From positions 35,340,001-35,404,000 of the forward strand of contig NC_082729.1 of NCBI RefSeq assembly GCF_030144855.1: a DNA stretch of 64,000 nt. The letters are read 5' to 3'. This DNA comes from Hypanus sabinus. Its lineage: Eukaryota. The notes under the pieces are model-generated. The model was given only the letters and a program-made list of their open reading frames with translations. It searched no databases and was not told the origin of the DNA. Positions within the stretch are counted from its first letter, which is position 1. Every line of letters begins with the position of its first letter. Shown here in pieces: positions 35,385 to 47,519 of this stretch. The position numbers and the translations under genes are program-made.

Positions 35385-35530
35385 GAGCGCGAGCCGCCGG
35401 TGATTGCGCGCGCCCGGGGAGCGCGAGCGGCCGGCCGTCGGTGATTGCGCGCACCCGGGGAGCGCGAGCCGCCGGTGATTGCGCGCACCCGGGGAGCGCG
35501 AGCGGCCGGCCGTCGGTGATTGCGCGCGCC
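35385..35530 (+). repeat. CpG-rich 34/41-bp alternating tandem repeat upstream of the WA copy 2 ATG
   Basis: Units start at 35385, 35419, 35460, 35494 (GAGCGCGAGC...GGTGATTGCGCGC.CCCGGG). Confidence 0.9.
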
Positions 35531-35575
35531 AGGAGGAGGAGGTGGGGGGGCGGTGTCGGGGTGGGAAACCGCGGG

Positions 35576-35613
35576 AGCCAATCAGCGGCGCCTGGCTGGA
35601 TCGGGGGCGGGGC
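35576..35613 (-). promoter_or_regulatory. Candidate proximal promoter of WA copy 2: Y/CCAAT box plus GC box
   Basis: Gene strand reads CTGATTGGCT (35585-35576), the MHC Y-box consensus; Sp1-type GGGGCGGGGC at 35604-35613; within a CpG island about 330 bp upstream of the ATG. Confidence 0.55.
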
Positions 35614-35649
35614 CAGGGGCTGGACAGGTGCGGTAACGCGCACAGGACG

Positions 35650-36500
35650 CTCGGTCAGGCAGTATCCGTGGAAACGAGCCGTCAACGTTTCGGACCGAAA
35701 CCCTTCGTCAGGGCTGAAGAGAGAGGGGAGGCTGGTAGGTGCCAGGTGAAAAACCAAACATAGGGGAAGCAGGGAGGGGATAGGCCCGAGAGGTGAAGAA
35801 GGAATGTAAGGGGAAAGCACTATGGATAGTAGTAGAAGGCAGAATCATGAGAGAGGTGATAGACAGCTGGCAGAGTGAAACTGAGATGGGGGAGGGGAGA
35901 GGGAGGGAGGGAGGAGGGGAGAGGGAGGGAGGGAGGGAGGAGGGGAGAGGGAGGGAATTACCAGAAGTTGGAGAATTCGATGTTCATACCAAGGGGCTGG
36001 AGACTATCCAGACGGTATATGAGGTGTTGCTCCTCCAATCTGAGTCTGGCCTCATCATGGCAATAGAGGAGGCCGTGTATGGGCACATCCGAATGAGAAT
36101 GTGAAGCAGAGTTGAGGTGGGTGGCAACCGGGAGATCCTGTCTGTTGTGGCGGAAGGAGCGGAGGTGCTCGACGAAGCGGTCCCCCAATCTGCGTTGGGT
36201 CTCGCCGAAGTGGAGGAGGCCACACTGGGAGCATCAGATGCAATAGATGACCCCAACAGACTCACGTGAAGTGTTGTCTCACCTGGTAGGACTGTTTGGG
36301 GCCCCAAATGGTGGTAAGAGAGGAGGTGTAGGGACAGCTTTAGCACTTACACTTGCAGGGATAAGTGGGATCTGAAATCTGTGGGAAGGGACGTGTGGAC
36401 CAGGCAGTCACGGAGGGAGCGAACCCTTCAAAAAGCGGAGAGGGGAAGATATGCTTAGCGGTGGGGTCCTGTTGAAGGTGGCGGAAGTTGTGGAGGATAA
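35650..36500 (-). mobile_element. Penelope-like element 3' part (GIY-YIG endonuclease)
   Basis: GDRFVEHLRS...DLPVATHLNSASHSHSD...EEQHLIYRLDSLQPLGMNIEFSNF*; another copy at ~61620-62345. Confidence 0.85.
35681..35714 (-). ncRNA. Minimal hammerhead ribozyme just upstream of the WA copy 2 promoter, in the gene's sense
   Basis: GCC-CUGACGA-AGGGUUUCGGUCC-GAAAC-GUU/GAC; core intact, one stem I mismatch. Confidence 0.55.
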
Positions 36501-39500
36501 TATGTTAAATTGCATGAACTGGTTCCGTGTCGCGAGCCAAGGGGAACTGTTGGACACCTTGGCTGCTGAATTATGCATCCCCAATAATGTCTGCTTGGTT
36601 GGTAAGGTCGGATGAGATGATCGAATTTCTGACATGTTGTGATGACGAGTGCTCACCGCCTGCTGAGCTGTGGGTCTTCCTGTGTTCCAGTGCCTCATGC
36701 TTTTTTTTTGGAGGTGCCTACTCTACTAACGGTTGGTCAGGTCTCGAGCCTCAAGTTAGGGTGCCACTTACTGGCCTCCCCCCCACCCCCAAGAATCTTG
36801 AACACCCCCGGACAACTTCCATTTCCTCAAATGGCCTCGTAATTCACATAACGGCCCCCGTTGGGAATCACTGCTGCAGGTGAATACTTTGCATCTTGTG
36901 ATCACAATCCAATTAGTTTCAAAGTAAATATGCAAAATGAAAGGCCTGGTGATTCTAAATTGGTGAAAGGCCAATTTTGACAGAATCGGAAATGGACTGG
37001 GACAGACTGTTTTCTGGCACTGGTGCACTTGGTAAGTGGAAGGCCTTCACAAGTGAAATTTTGAGAGAACAAAGCTAGTATGAACATTTCAGGATAAAAG
37101 GTAAAGGTAACGGGTGTAGAGAAGCTTAGTTTTCAAGAGATAATAAGGCCTTGGTTAAGAGAAAAAGGAGGTGCATGGCAGGTATAGGCAGGTTGGGACA
37201 AATGAGAAGAACACTAAATGCAAGAGAACACTAAAGAAATTAATCAGGAGGCATTAAGTTGCCCTAGCAGTCAAGGTGAAGGAGAATAGAAACATAGAAA
37301 CCCTACAGCACAATACAAGCCCTTCAGCCCATATAGCTGTGCTGAACATGTCCTTACCTTAATTACCTACGGTTACCCATAGCCCTCTATTCTTCCAAGC
37401 TCCATGTACCAGTCCAGGAGTCTCCCAAAAGACCCTATTGTATCTGCCTCCACCATCTTCGCTGGCAGCCCATTCCACGCACTCCACTCTGTGCGTAAAA
37501 AAAACTTACGTCTGACATCTCCTCTGTACCTACTTCCAAGTACCTTAAAACTGTGCCCCCTCATGCTCGCCATTCCAGCCCTGGGAAGAAGCCTCTGACT
37601 ATCCCACATGATCAATGCCTCTTATCATCTTATACACCTTTATCAGGTCACCTCTCATCATCCGTTGCTCCAAGAGAAAAAGGGCTGAGTTCACTCAACC
37701 TGGTATCAGAAGGCATGCTCCCCAATCCAGGCAACATCATTGTAAATCTCCTCTGCACCCTCTTTCTATAGTTTCCATATCATTTCTATAGTGAGGCGAC
37801 CAGAACTGAGCACAGTACTCCAAGTGGGGTCTGACCTGGGTCTTGTATAGCCACAACATTACCTCTCAGTTCCTAAATTCAATCCCACAATTGATGATGG
37901 CTAATACACTGTGGACTTTCTTAACCACAGAGCCAACCTGCACAGCAGCTTTGAGTGTCCTATAGACTTTGACCCCAGGATCCTTCTGATCCTCCACAAT
38001 GCCAAGTGTCTTACCATTAATACTATATTCTGCCATCATATTTGACCTACCAAAATGAACTGCTTCACACTTATCTGGGTTGAACTTCATCTGCCACCTC
38101 TCAGCCCAGTTTTCATCCTATTAATGTTCCACTGTACCTCTGACAGCCCTCCACACTATCCACAACACCACCAACCTTTGTGTCTTCAACAAATTTACTA
38201 ACCCATCCCTCCACTTCCTCATCCAGGTCATTTATAAAAATCACAAAGAGTGGGGGTCCCAGAACAGATCACTAAGGCACAGCACTGGTTACTGACCTCC
38301 ATGCCAAAAATGACCTGTCTACAATCACTCTTTGCCTTCTGTGAGCAAGCCGTTCTGGATCCACAAAGCAACGTCCCCTTGGATCCCATGCCTCCTTACT
38401 TTCTCATTAGGCCTTGCATGAAGTACCTTGTCAAATCCCCTGCTGAAATCCATATACACTACATCTACGGCTCTACCTTCATCAATGTGTTCAGTCACAT
38501 CCTCAAAAAATTCAATCAGGCTCGTAAGGCACGGCCTACCTTTCACAAAGCCATGCTGACTATTCCTAACCATATTATGTCTCTCCAGATCTTCATAAAT
38601 CCTGCCTCTCAGAATCTTCTCCATCAACTTACCAACCACTGAAGTAAGACTCACTGGTCTATAACTTCATGGGCTATCTCTACTACCTTGCTCGAATAAG
38701 GGAACAACATCCGCAAACCTCCAATCCTCTGGAACCTCTCCTGTCCCCATTGATGATGAAAAGATCATTGCCAGAGGCTCAGAAATCTCCTCTCTTGCCT
38801 CCCACAGTAGCCTGGGGTAGATCTCATCCAGTCCCAGTGACTTATCCAACTTGATGCTTTCCAAAAGCTGCAATACATCCTCTTTCTTAATGTCTATATG
38901 CTCAAGCTTTTCAGTCCATTGCAAGTCATCCCTATAATCATCAAGATCCTTTTCCATAATGAATACTGAAGCAAAGTACTCATTAAGAATCTCTGCTATC
39001 TCCTCCAGTTCCATACACTTTTCCACTGTCACACTTGATTGGTCCTATTCTCTCACATCTTATCCTCTTGCTCTTCACATACTTGTAGAATGCCTATGGG
39101 GTTTTCCTTAATCCTGTCTGCCAAGGCCTTCTCATGGCCCCTTCTGGCTCTCCTAATTTCTTTCTTAAGCTCCTTCCTGATAGCCTTATAATCTTCTAGA
39201 TCGCGTATCATTACCTAGTTTTTTAAACCTTGCTTAAGCTCTTTTCTTCTTGACTAGATTTACACCATCCTTTGTACACCACGGTTCCTGTACCCTACCA
39301 TTATTTCCCTGTCTCATTGGAACATACCTATTGAGAACTCCACTCCCTGAACATTGGCCACCTTTCTTCTGTACATTTCCCTGAGAACATCTGTTCCCAA
39401 TTTATGCTTCTAAGTTCCTGCTTGATAGCCTCATATTTCCCCTTACTCCAATTAAACGCTTTCCAACTTCTCTGTTCCTATCCCTCTCCAATGCTATGGT

Positions 39501-39889
39501 AAAGGAGATAGAATTGTGATCACAATCTCCAAAATGTTCTCCCACTGAGAGACCTGACACCTGACCAGGTTCATTTCCCAAAACCAGCTCAAGTACAGCC
39601 TCTCCTCTTGTATGCTTATCTACATATTGTGTCAAAAAACCTTCCTGAATACACCTAACAAACTTCACCCCATCTAAACTCCTCACTCTACAGAAATGCA
39701 AATTGATATATTGCAAAATTAAAATGTCCCATCACAACAACCCTGTTATTATTATACCTTTCCAGAATCTAGAAAGGGATTCTACAGATATTTTAAGAGC
39801 AAAAGGATAGCAAGGGTCAAAATTGGTCCTCTGGAAGATAAAAATGGTAATTCATATGTGGAGCTAAAAGAGTTCATAAATGATCTCAC

Positions 39890-40530
39890 AGGTGGATAAG
39901 GTAGTTAAGAAAGCTTATGGGTTGTTAGCTTTCATAAGTTGAGGGATAGCGTTTAAGGATGCGATGTAATGATGCAGCTCTATAAAACTCTAGTTAGGCC
40001 ACATTTGGAGTACTGTGTCCAGTTCTGGTTGCCTCACTATAGGAAGGATGTGGAAGCATTGGAAAGGGTACAGAGGAGATTTACCAGGATGCTGCCTGGT
40101 TTATAGAGTATGGATTATGATCAGAGATTAAGGGAGCTAGGGCTTTACTCTTTGGAGAGAAGGAGGATAAGAGGAGACATGATAGAGGTATACAAGATAT
40201 TAAGAGGAATAGACAGAGTGGACAGCTAGTGCCTCATCCCTAGGGAACCACTGCTCAGTACAAGAGCACATGGCTTTAAGGTCAGGGGAGAGAAGTTCAA
40301 GGGTGATATTACAGGAAGGTTTTTCACTCAGAGAGTGGTTGGCGTGTGGAATGCACTGCCTGAATCAGTGGTGGAGGCAGATACACTAGTGAAGTTTAAG
40401 AGACTACTAGACAGGTATATGGAGGAATTTAAGGAAGGAGGTTATATGGGAGGCAGGGTTTGAGGGTCGGCACAACATTGTAGGCTGAAGGGTCTGTAAT
40501 GTGCTGTACTATTCTATGAGAATTCTATGA
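39890..40530 (+). mobile_element. 5'-truncated CR1 insertion specific to unit B
   Basis: Absent at the paralogous position ~20095; ends in a TTCTATG tail; same subfamily as 47986-49635. Confidence 0.8.
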
Positions 40531-42167
40531 TTTTTTTCATATGTATTTACTTAGGAGGCAGACACAGAGTCTATATAAATGAGGCAAAGTGACTTTAATT
40601 TCATGGACCCTACAGAGATTATGGGGGGGGGGGGGGGTTTGCTGCACAGAGGCAAATCAGGGTGGATAAATCCCCTGGGACTGACAAGAGCATACATGGC
40701 TCTAGCCCAAGCAGAGATATTTAAATCTTCCTTCCCAACAGGAGGGGTACCAGGGGATTGGAGGAATGCCAATGTTGTTCTACTATTTTAGAAATCCTCC
40801 AAACACAAACCAGGAAATTATAGGCAGGTGCATCTGACATCAGTTGGAAAGTTATTGGAAGATATTCTAAAGGTCCAGACAAATTAGAATTTGGATAGAC
40901 ATGGACTGATTAGAGATAGTCAGCATTGCTTCATGAGTGGTAGGTCATGTCTAACCAATCTTATAGAATTTTTTGAGGAAGTTACCAGTTTAGTGGATGA
41001 CCACAAGGCAGTGGATGTTATCGACATGGACTTTAGCAAGGCATCTGACAAGGTTCTGCACGGGAGGTTGGTTAAGAAGGTCCAGTTGCTCAGTATTCAA
41101 GATGGAGGTAGTAAATTGGATTAGATAATGGCTTTGTGAGCTTGGTTGCCTCTCTGACTGAAGCTCTGTGACTACTGGGGTGCCGCAGTTGTTTGTCAGT
41201 TGTCTGTTGTTGTTTGTCATCTGTATCAATGACCAGGGTGATAACATGGTTAACTGGATCAGCAAATTTGCAGTTGACACCAAGACTGGGGGTGTAGTGG
41301 ATAGCAAGGAAGACTATCATGGCTTGCAGAGGGATCTGCATCAGGTGGGAAAAAATGGGCTGAAAAATGGCAGATGGATTTTAATTCAGGTAAGTATGAG
41401 GTGTTGTACTTCAGTAGGACCAACCTGGGTAGTTCTTACAAGTGAATGGTAGGGCACTGAAGAGTGGGGTAGAACAAAAGGTCCATAATTCATTGAAAGT
41501 GGAGTCACAAGAGGGTAGGGTTGTAAAGAGATCATTTGGCACATTGACCTTCATAATTCAATGTCGTGAGAACAGGAAATGGGATGTTGTGTTGAAGTTG
41601 GTGAGGCCTAATTTGGAATATTGTGCAGTTTTGATCACCTGCCTACAGGAAAGATGTATGTAAGCTTGAAAGAGTTCAGAGCAAATTTATAAGCATGTTA
41701 CTGGGACTGGAGGACGAGAGATATAAGGAAAGATTAAATAGGATAGGACTTTATTCATTGGAATGAAGATGATTGATAGGAAATTTGACAGAGGTAATCA
41801 AAATTATGAGGGGTTTAGATAGGGTAAATGCAAGCAGGCTTTTTCCACTGAGCTTGAGTGGGACTACAAGAGGGCATGGGTTAACAGTGAAAGGTGAAAT
41901 GTTTAAGGGGAACATGAGGGGAAACTTCTTCATTCAGAGGGTCATGAGAGTGTGGAATGAGCTGCCAGCACAATTGATGCATGCAAGCTCAATTTCAATG
42001 TTTAAGTAAAGTTTGGATAGGCACATGGAGGGCTCTGGTCCCAGTGCAGGTTGATGGGAGTAAGTAGTTAAAATGGTATCAGCGTGGACTAGATGGGTCA
42101 AAAGACATGGTCCTTTTGTTTGACTCTATAACAGTAAAAACTATAAATTACGATAAGTACATATCTC

Positions 42168-43800
42168 TGTAACACCCTGGGAAAGGTCTCACTGTGAATG
42201 TAATGGTCTTTCTGTAGCAGCAGTGTTTGGGTTATGGTTAGAGATAACGGGTGCTTTGGAATGTGAGCCGTCCAGTGAGGACAGCTTGCTATGTGCCTGA
42301 CGCCGAGGTGATCTGGGTCTTTTCAGCAGAAGATGCAGTGGGAAGAAGCCAGAAAGGACAGGTCATAGACACCAGAAAGAAGTAGACCTGGGAGTCGATG
42401 ACACCCGGGGAAATCGGTGGAAGACCAGCAGAAGGGAAACCGTGAGCTCCAACTTGTGCACATTAGACTTGCATTAAAAATGGCCCTTTTCCTTTTGTTT
42501 TACTTCACTGATCTTTTAGTCAAGTTAAGAATTATAAAGCTAAATCATTTAATTGCAAATGGTATACAGTCTGTTATTTTATTGTACTGATTTGTAACAG
42601 GGAACAACTCAAGCAGCATCCACACAAACAGGAGGTTTTGCATCCCAGTCTCACACGTTTGGTGGGGCCAGAAATTGTCTTTCCTAGACTTATGCAGCAA
42701 CAGAACCTGATGGTCACAATTGTGGGGGCTTGTCCAGGATGATTTCGTTGGATGCTGTGTGATTGCCCTGAGCATTGACCCAGTGGGCTGTTTGTTTAAG
42801 CCTGTGCTAAACTATTGTCCAGTAAAGCGATTATGATACGTGGGTATGGATGCTGCCAGATTGAGTCCACGGGGTTACTGGTAACGAATGCGCGCGGGTT
42901 GAGTGGGGTAGATGTTTGTACTGCTGATGAATTGTTAGTTCAACTCTTAAGTACTGTTAAAGCTGTAGGCAAAGTTATGATTGTGGGGCAGAGATCTGAT
43001 AAAATTGTGGGCACAGACTTTGCTTTAGTTCAGACTAGCGTTGGTGTAACGGTAGTGAAACTGCCTGGTACTCCTGGGGCCCCAGGAGAGGGGGAGCCGT
43101 GGACTGTCCATACTTCCCGGGAGGAGGAGAGTGTGGGGGAGTGGGCTGAATCGCAAGTCGAGTCTCCCATAGCTGGAGGCAGAGACTCCATAGACAGAGT
43201 TTTCTCATTTCTGCTCAGTGCGGGGAAGGAGTGGTCTGATTTGGAATGTCTATTGAGTCCCCCAGTGAAGAGTGAGAATTCTGAGTTAGTATCCACCCTT
43301 ACCTCTCTGGTGAATAAATGGGAAAATGCCCAGGTTCAAAGTCCCAGCTATCATAAGCTCCCCCTATTCTCTGGAATGAAGCCCACCTCTAAAGGGGAAG
43401 AGAGGTATGAGACTTGGGCGGAGCAGACCAGAGTGGCAGTGCTCTGATGATGTAAAAGGACAGCGACTGGTTGAAAGTCTGAGCAGACGGGCTGATAATT
43501 TAGTGAGAGCTGTAAGGGCACAGAACCCCTTTGCCACCTGCGGCCTACATGCAAGCACTAGAGAAGGTGTTTGGTGCAATGGGAAGCCCAATGGAGCTCA
43601 TGACGGGATTTCGGAAGGTGTGTCAGGAGAAAGGGGCACAGCTTTCTGCCTGCATCTTTTGGCTAACTTGATTGTGGTGCAGAGTGACCATTCAGACAGC
43701 TGAGGTAGATCAGTTCAGATGGACCAAGTAGCTCTGCCTAGCCCCACAATTGTGAGTGTAGAGGGAGTAGAACAGTGAGCTAGCCCTCATTCTTGTGTCA
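42168..43800 (+). mobile_element. Gypsy LTR retrotransposon 5' part: LTR 42168-42718, tRNA-Pro PBS 42723-42740, frameshifted PNMA-like gag
   Basis: TGTAAC...GTCACA; TGGGGGCTTGTCCAGGAT (2 mismatches to PBS-Pro); YHKLPLFSG...GEERYETWAEQ / EWQCSDDVK.QRLVESL. Confidence 0.82.
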
Positions 43801-45369
43801 TGCCAGTGTTGATTGTCAGCGAGGAATTTTCAATCTCCCTGACTGTGGTCTCCCAGAGAGGAAGTCAAGGATCCAGCTGGAAAGGAAGATACAGAGGCCC
43901 AGGCTTTGAAGCTTGTTTATTTGTATTGAAGATGTGATTGTGTTGAACGCTGAGCTGTAGTCAATAAACAGCAGCCCGAGATATGTACTACTATTGTCCA
44001 GGTGATCCAAGGCCAAGTGGAGAGCCAGTGATATTGCATACACTGTAGACTTATTAGACAAGTTGTAGCAGGTCCAGGTTGGTGCTTAGGCAGGAATTCA
44101 TCCTAGCCATCACTAACCTCACAAAACACGTCAACACAGTAGATGTGAGTGGGCCTGGGCAATAGTTGTTGAGACAAACCACCCTGCTCTTCTTGGGCAC
44201 TGATATTACTGTAACCCCTCTGAAGCAGGTGGGTACCTACTGTATCTAATAAAGTAGCCACTGTTGTACCTTTGTGATCTTCTGCTGCTAGAGCGCATCC
44301 ACTTCAAGTTTTGATGTGTTGAGCATTCAGAGATGCTCTTCTGCACTCCACTTATGTAACGCATGGTTACTTGGGTTACTATTGCCTTCCTGTCGGTTTG
44401 AACTGTTCTTCTCTGACCTCTCTCATTAACGAGGTTTCCTCCCGCAGAACTGCACCGTACTCTGTCAAATCTAGAGACCGTTCTGCATGCACGCCTGAGG
44501 AGATCAGCAGTTTCTGAGATTACTATTGCCTTCCTGTAGGTTTGAAACAGTCTGGCCATTCTCCTCTAACCTCTCATCAGAGAAATATTTCCCAGTTGTG
44601 CTTCATCTCCCTGTAAACCTTTTCTATCCATGTAGCATTTGATGGCTCTAGGTGAATACTCATTGGAGTTTAGAAGAACGATTGGGGTGAGGATTCTCAT
44701 TGAATCCTAACGAATATTGAAAGGCCAAGATAGAGTGGGCATGGAGAGGGAGTTTCTAATAGTGAGGGGGGTCTAGCACCAGGGGTCACAACCTCCGAAT
44801 AAGAGGCTTTAAATCACAGATGAGAAGAAATTTCTTTTGCAAGACCATGGTGAATCTATGGAATTCATTTCCACAGTTGGCTATGGAGGCCTGGTCATTG
44901 GGTATATCTAAAGCAGACATAAAAGGCATAACATTTTATGGGAGGTAGCAGGAGAAAGGGGTTGAGTAACATAACAGTTAATAATGAATGGTGGAACAGT
45001 CTCAATGGGCTGAATGGCCTAATTCTGCCCCTCTGTCTTACGCCTTATGTAGCTGTTCGTGTACTTTAAACATTGTTCATGTATCTGCCTCAGCCACTCT
45101 ATCCCAACCTATGGCAGCTGGTTCCAGACATGGACCACCCCCTCTGTGGAAAAGTTGCCCCTCAGGACCCTATTACATCCCTCCCCTCTTACCTAAACCT
45201 TTATCCTCTAGATTTTGATTCCCCAATCATGGGAAAAAAAGGGCTGTCTGCATTCACACAATTAATGCCCCTCAGAGATGCCACCCACCCCGGACATTCT
45301 CCTTTCTCCCCTTCCCAATGGGCAGTAGGTAAAAAAGACTGAAAGCACTTACCACCAATCCCAAGGGCA

Positions 45370-47120
45370 GCTTAGGAACATAGAAAACCTACAACACAAT
45401 ATAGGCTCTTTGGCCCACAAAGCTGTGCCGAACATGTCCTTACCTTAGAACTACCTAGGCCTCTATTTTTCTAAGCTCCATGTACCTATCCAGGAGACTC
45501 TTAAAATACCCTATTGTTTGCACCTGCACCGCCGTCGCCAGCAGCCCATTCCACACACTCACCACTCTCTGCATAAAAAAACTTACCCTTGACATCTCCT
45601 CTGTATCTACTTCCAAGCACCTTAAAACTGTGCCCTCTTATGCTAGCCGTTTCAGCCCTGAAAAAAAAGCCTCTGACTATCCACAGGATCACTGCCTCTC
45701 ACTATCTTGTACACCTCTATCAGGCCATCCTCCGTCGCTACAAGGAGAAAAGGCCAAGATCACTCAACCTATTCTGATAAGGCATGCTTCCCAATCCAGA
45801 CAACAGCCTTGTAAATCTCCTCTGCACCCTTTCTGTGGTTTCCACGTACTTCCTGCAGTGAGGCGGCCAAAGTACTCCAAGTGGGGTCTGACCAGGGTTC
45901 TATAACATTAAACTCAATTCCACGATTGATAAAGGCCAATGCACCATACGCCTTCTTAACCACAGTGTCAACCTGCACAGCTGCTTTGAGTGTCCTATGG
46001 ACTCGGACCCCAAGATTCCTCTGATCCTCCACATTACCAAGAGTCTTACCATTAATGCCACCATATTTGACCTACCAAAATGAACCAGCTCACACTTATC
46101 TGGGTTGAACTCCATCTGCCACTTCTCAGCCCAGTTTAACATCCTATCAACGTCCTGCTGTAACCTCTGACAGCCCTCCACACTATCCACAACACCTCCA
46201 ACCTTTGTGTCTTCAGCAAATTTACTAACTCATCCTTCCATTTCCTCATCCTGGTCATTTATAAAACTCACAAAGAGTAGTCCCAGAACTGAGTCACAAC
46301 ACTGGTCACCATACAGAATATGACCCATCTACAACCACTCTTAGCCTTCTGTGGGCAAGCCAGTTCTGGATCCACAAAGCAATGTCCCCTTGGATCCCAT
46401 GCCTCCTTACTTTCTCATTAAGCCTTGCATTAGGTACCTTATCAAATGTCTTGCTAAAGTCCATATACACTACATCTACAGCTCTACCTTCATCAATATG
46501 TCTCGTCACATCCTCAAAAAAATTCATTCAGGCTCATAGGACATGACCTGCGTTTGACAAAGCCATGCTGACTATTCCTAATCATATTTTGCCTCTCCAA
46601 ATGTTCATAAATCCTTCCTCTCAGTATCTCCTCCATCAACCTACCAACCACTGAAGTAAGACTTGCTGGTCTAGAATTTCCTGGGCCATCCCTACTCCCT
46701 TCTTGAATAAGGAACAACATCTGCAGCCCCCCAATCCTCCGGAACCTCTCACATCCTCATTGATGCTGCAAAGATCATCGCCACAGGTTCAGCAATCTTC
46801 AACCTCACTTCCCACAGTAGCCTGGGGTACATCTTGTCCAGTCCCGGTGACTTATCCAATTTGATGCTTCCCAAAAGCTCCAGTACATCCTCTTCCTTAA
46901 TATCTACATGCTCAAGCTTTTCAGTCTGCTGCATGTAATCCCTACAATCGGCAAGGTCCTTCTTTGTAGTGAATACTGAAGCAAAATATTCATTAAGTAC
47001 CTCTGCTGTCTCCTTCGGTTCCATACACACTTTTCCACTGTCACACTTGATTGGCCCTATTCTGTCATGTCTTATCCTCCTGTTCTTCACATACTTGTAG
47101 GATGCCTTGGGGTTTTCAAC
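45370..47120 (-). mobile_element. CR1 LINE ORF2 3' half (degenerate)
   Basis: RT motifs (AVDVVYMDFSK.FDKVP); CATAGAAA tail. Confidence 0.85.
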
Positions 47121-47519
47121 CTCATGAGCTTCTACCTCATATCATAGAGTTTTAGAGAGACATAGAGAAATCCAGAATGGATACAGGCCTTTCGGCCCAG
47201 CCAATCCATGCAAACCATGGTGCCCGCTTAGCTTCTCCCAATTTCCTGAATTTGGCCAGTGTATCCTAACACTGTATTTCATCTGCCATTTCTTTGGCCA
47301 TTCTCTTAATCTAAGTCCTTTCGTAGCCTTATCATCTGCAAACTTTGCAACAAAGCCATCAATTCCGTCATCCAACTCAGTTACATATAAAGTGGAAAGA
47401 ATCACACCCAACACAGTGCCCTGTGGAACACCACTAGTCACTGGCAGCCAACCAAAAGAGGCTGCCTTAATTCCCATTCTTTGCCACCTGCCAATCAACC
47501 ACTGCTTTCTCCATGTTAG

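Larger units (their letters stand above)
2498..42928. repeat. Tandem segmental duplication: unit A ~2498-23337, unit B ~24364-42928
   Basis: Collinear homology of exons, introns and TE relics (e.g. 2498/24364, 16520/36503, 22069/42168, 23330/42921), with copy-specific insertions. Confidence 0.9.

Noticed and set aside
42815-43703. Domesticated PNMA-like host gene
   Set aside because: It follows an LTR and PBS directly, is frameshifted, and is truncated by a Rex1 fragment.
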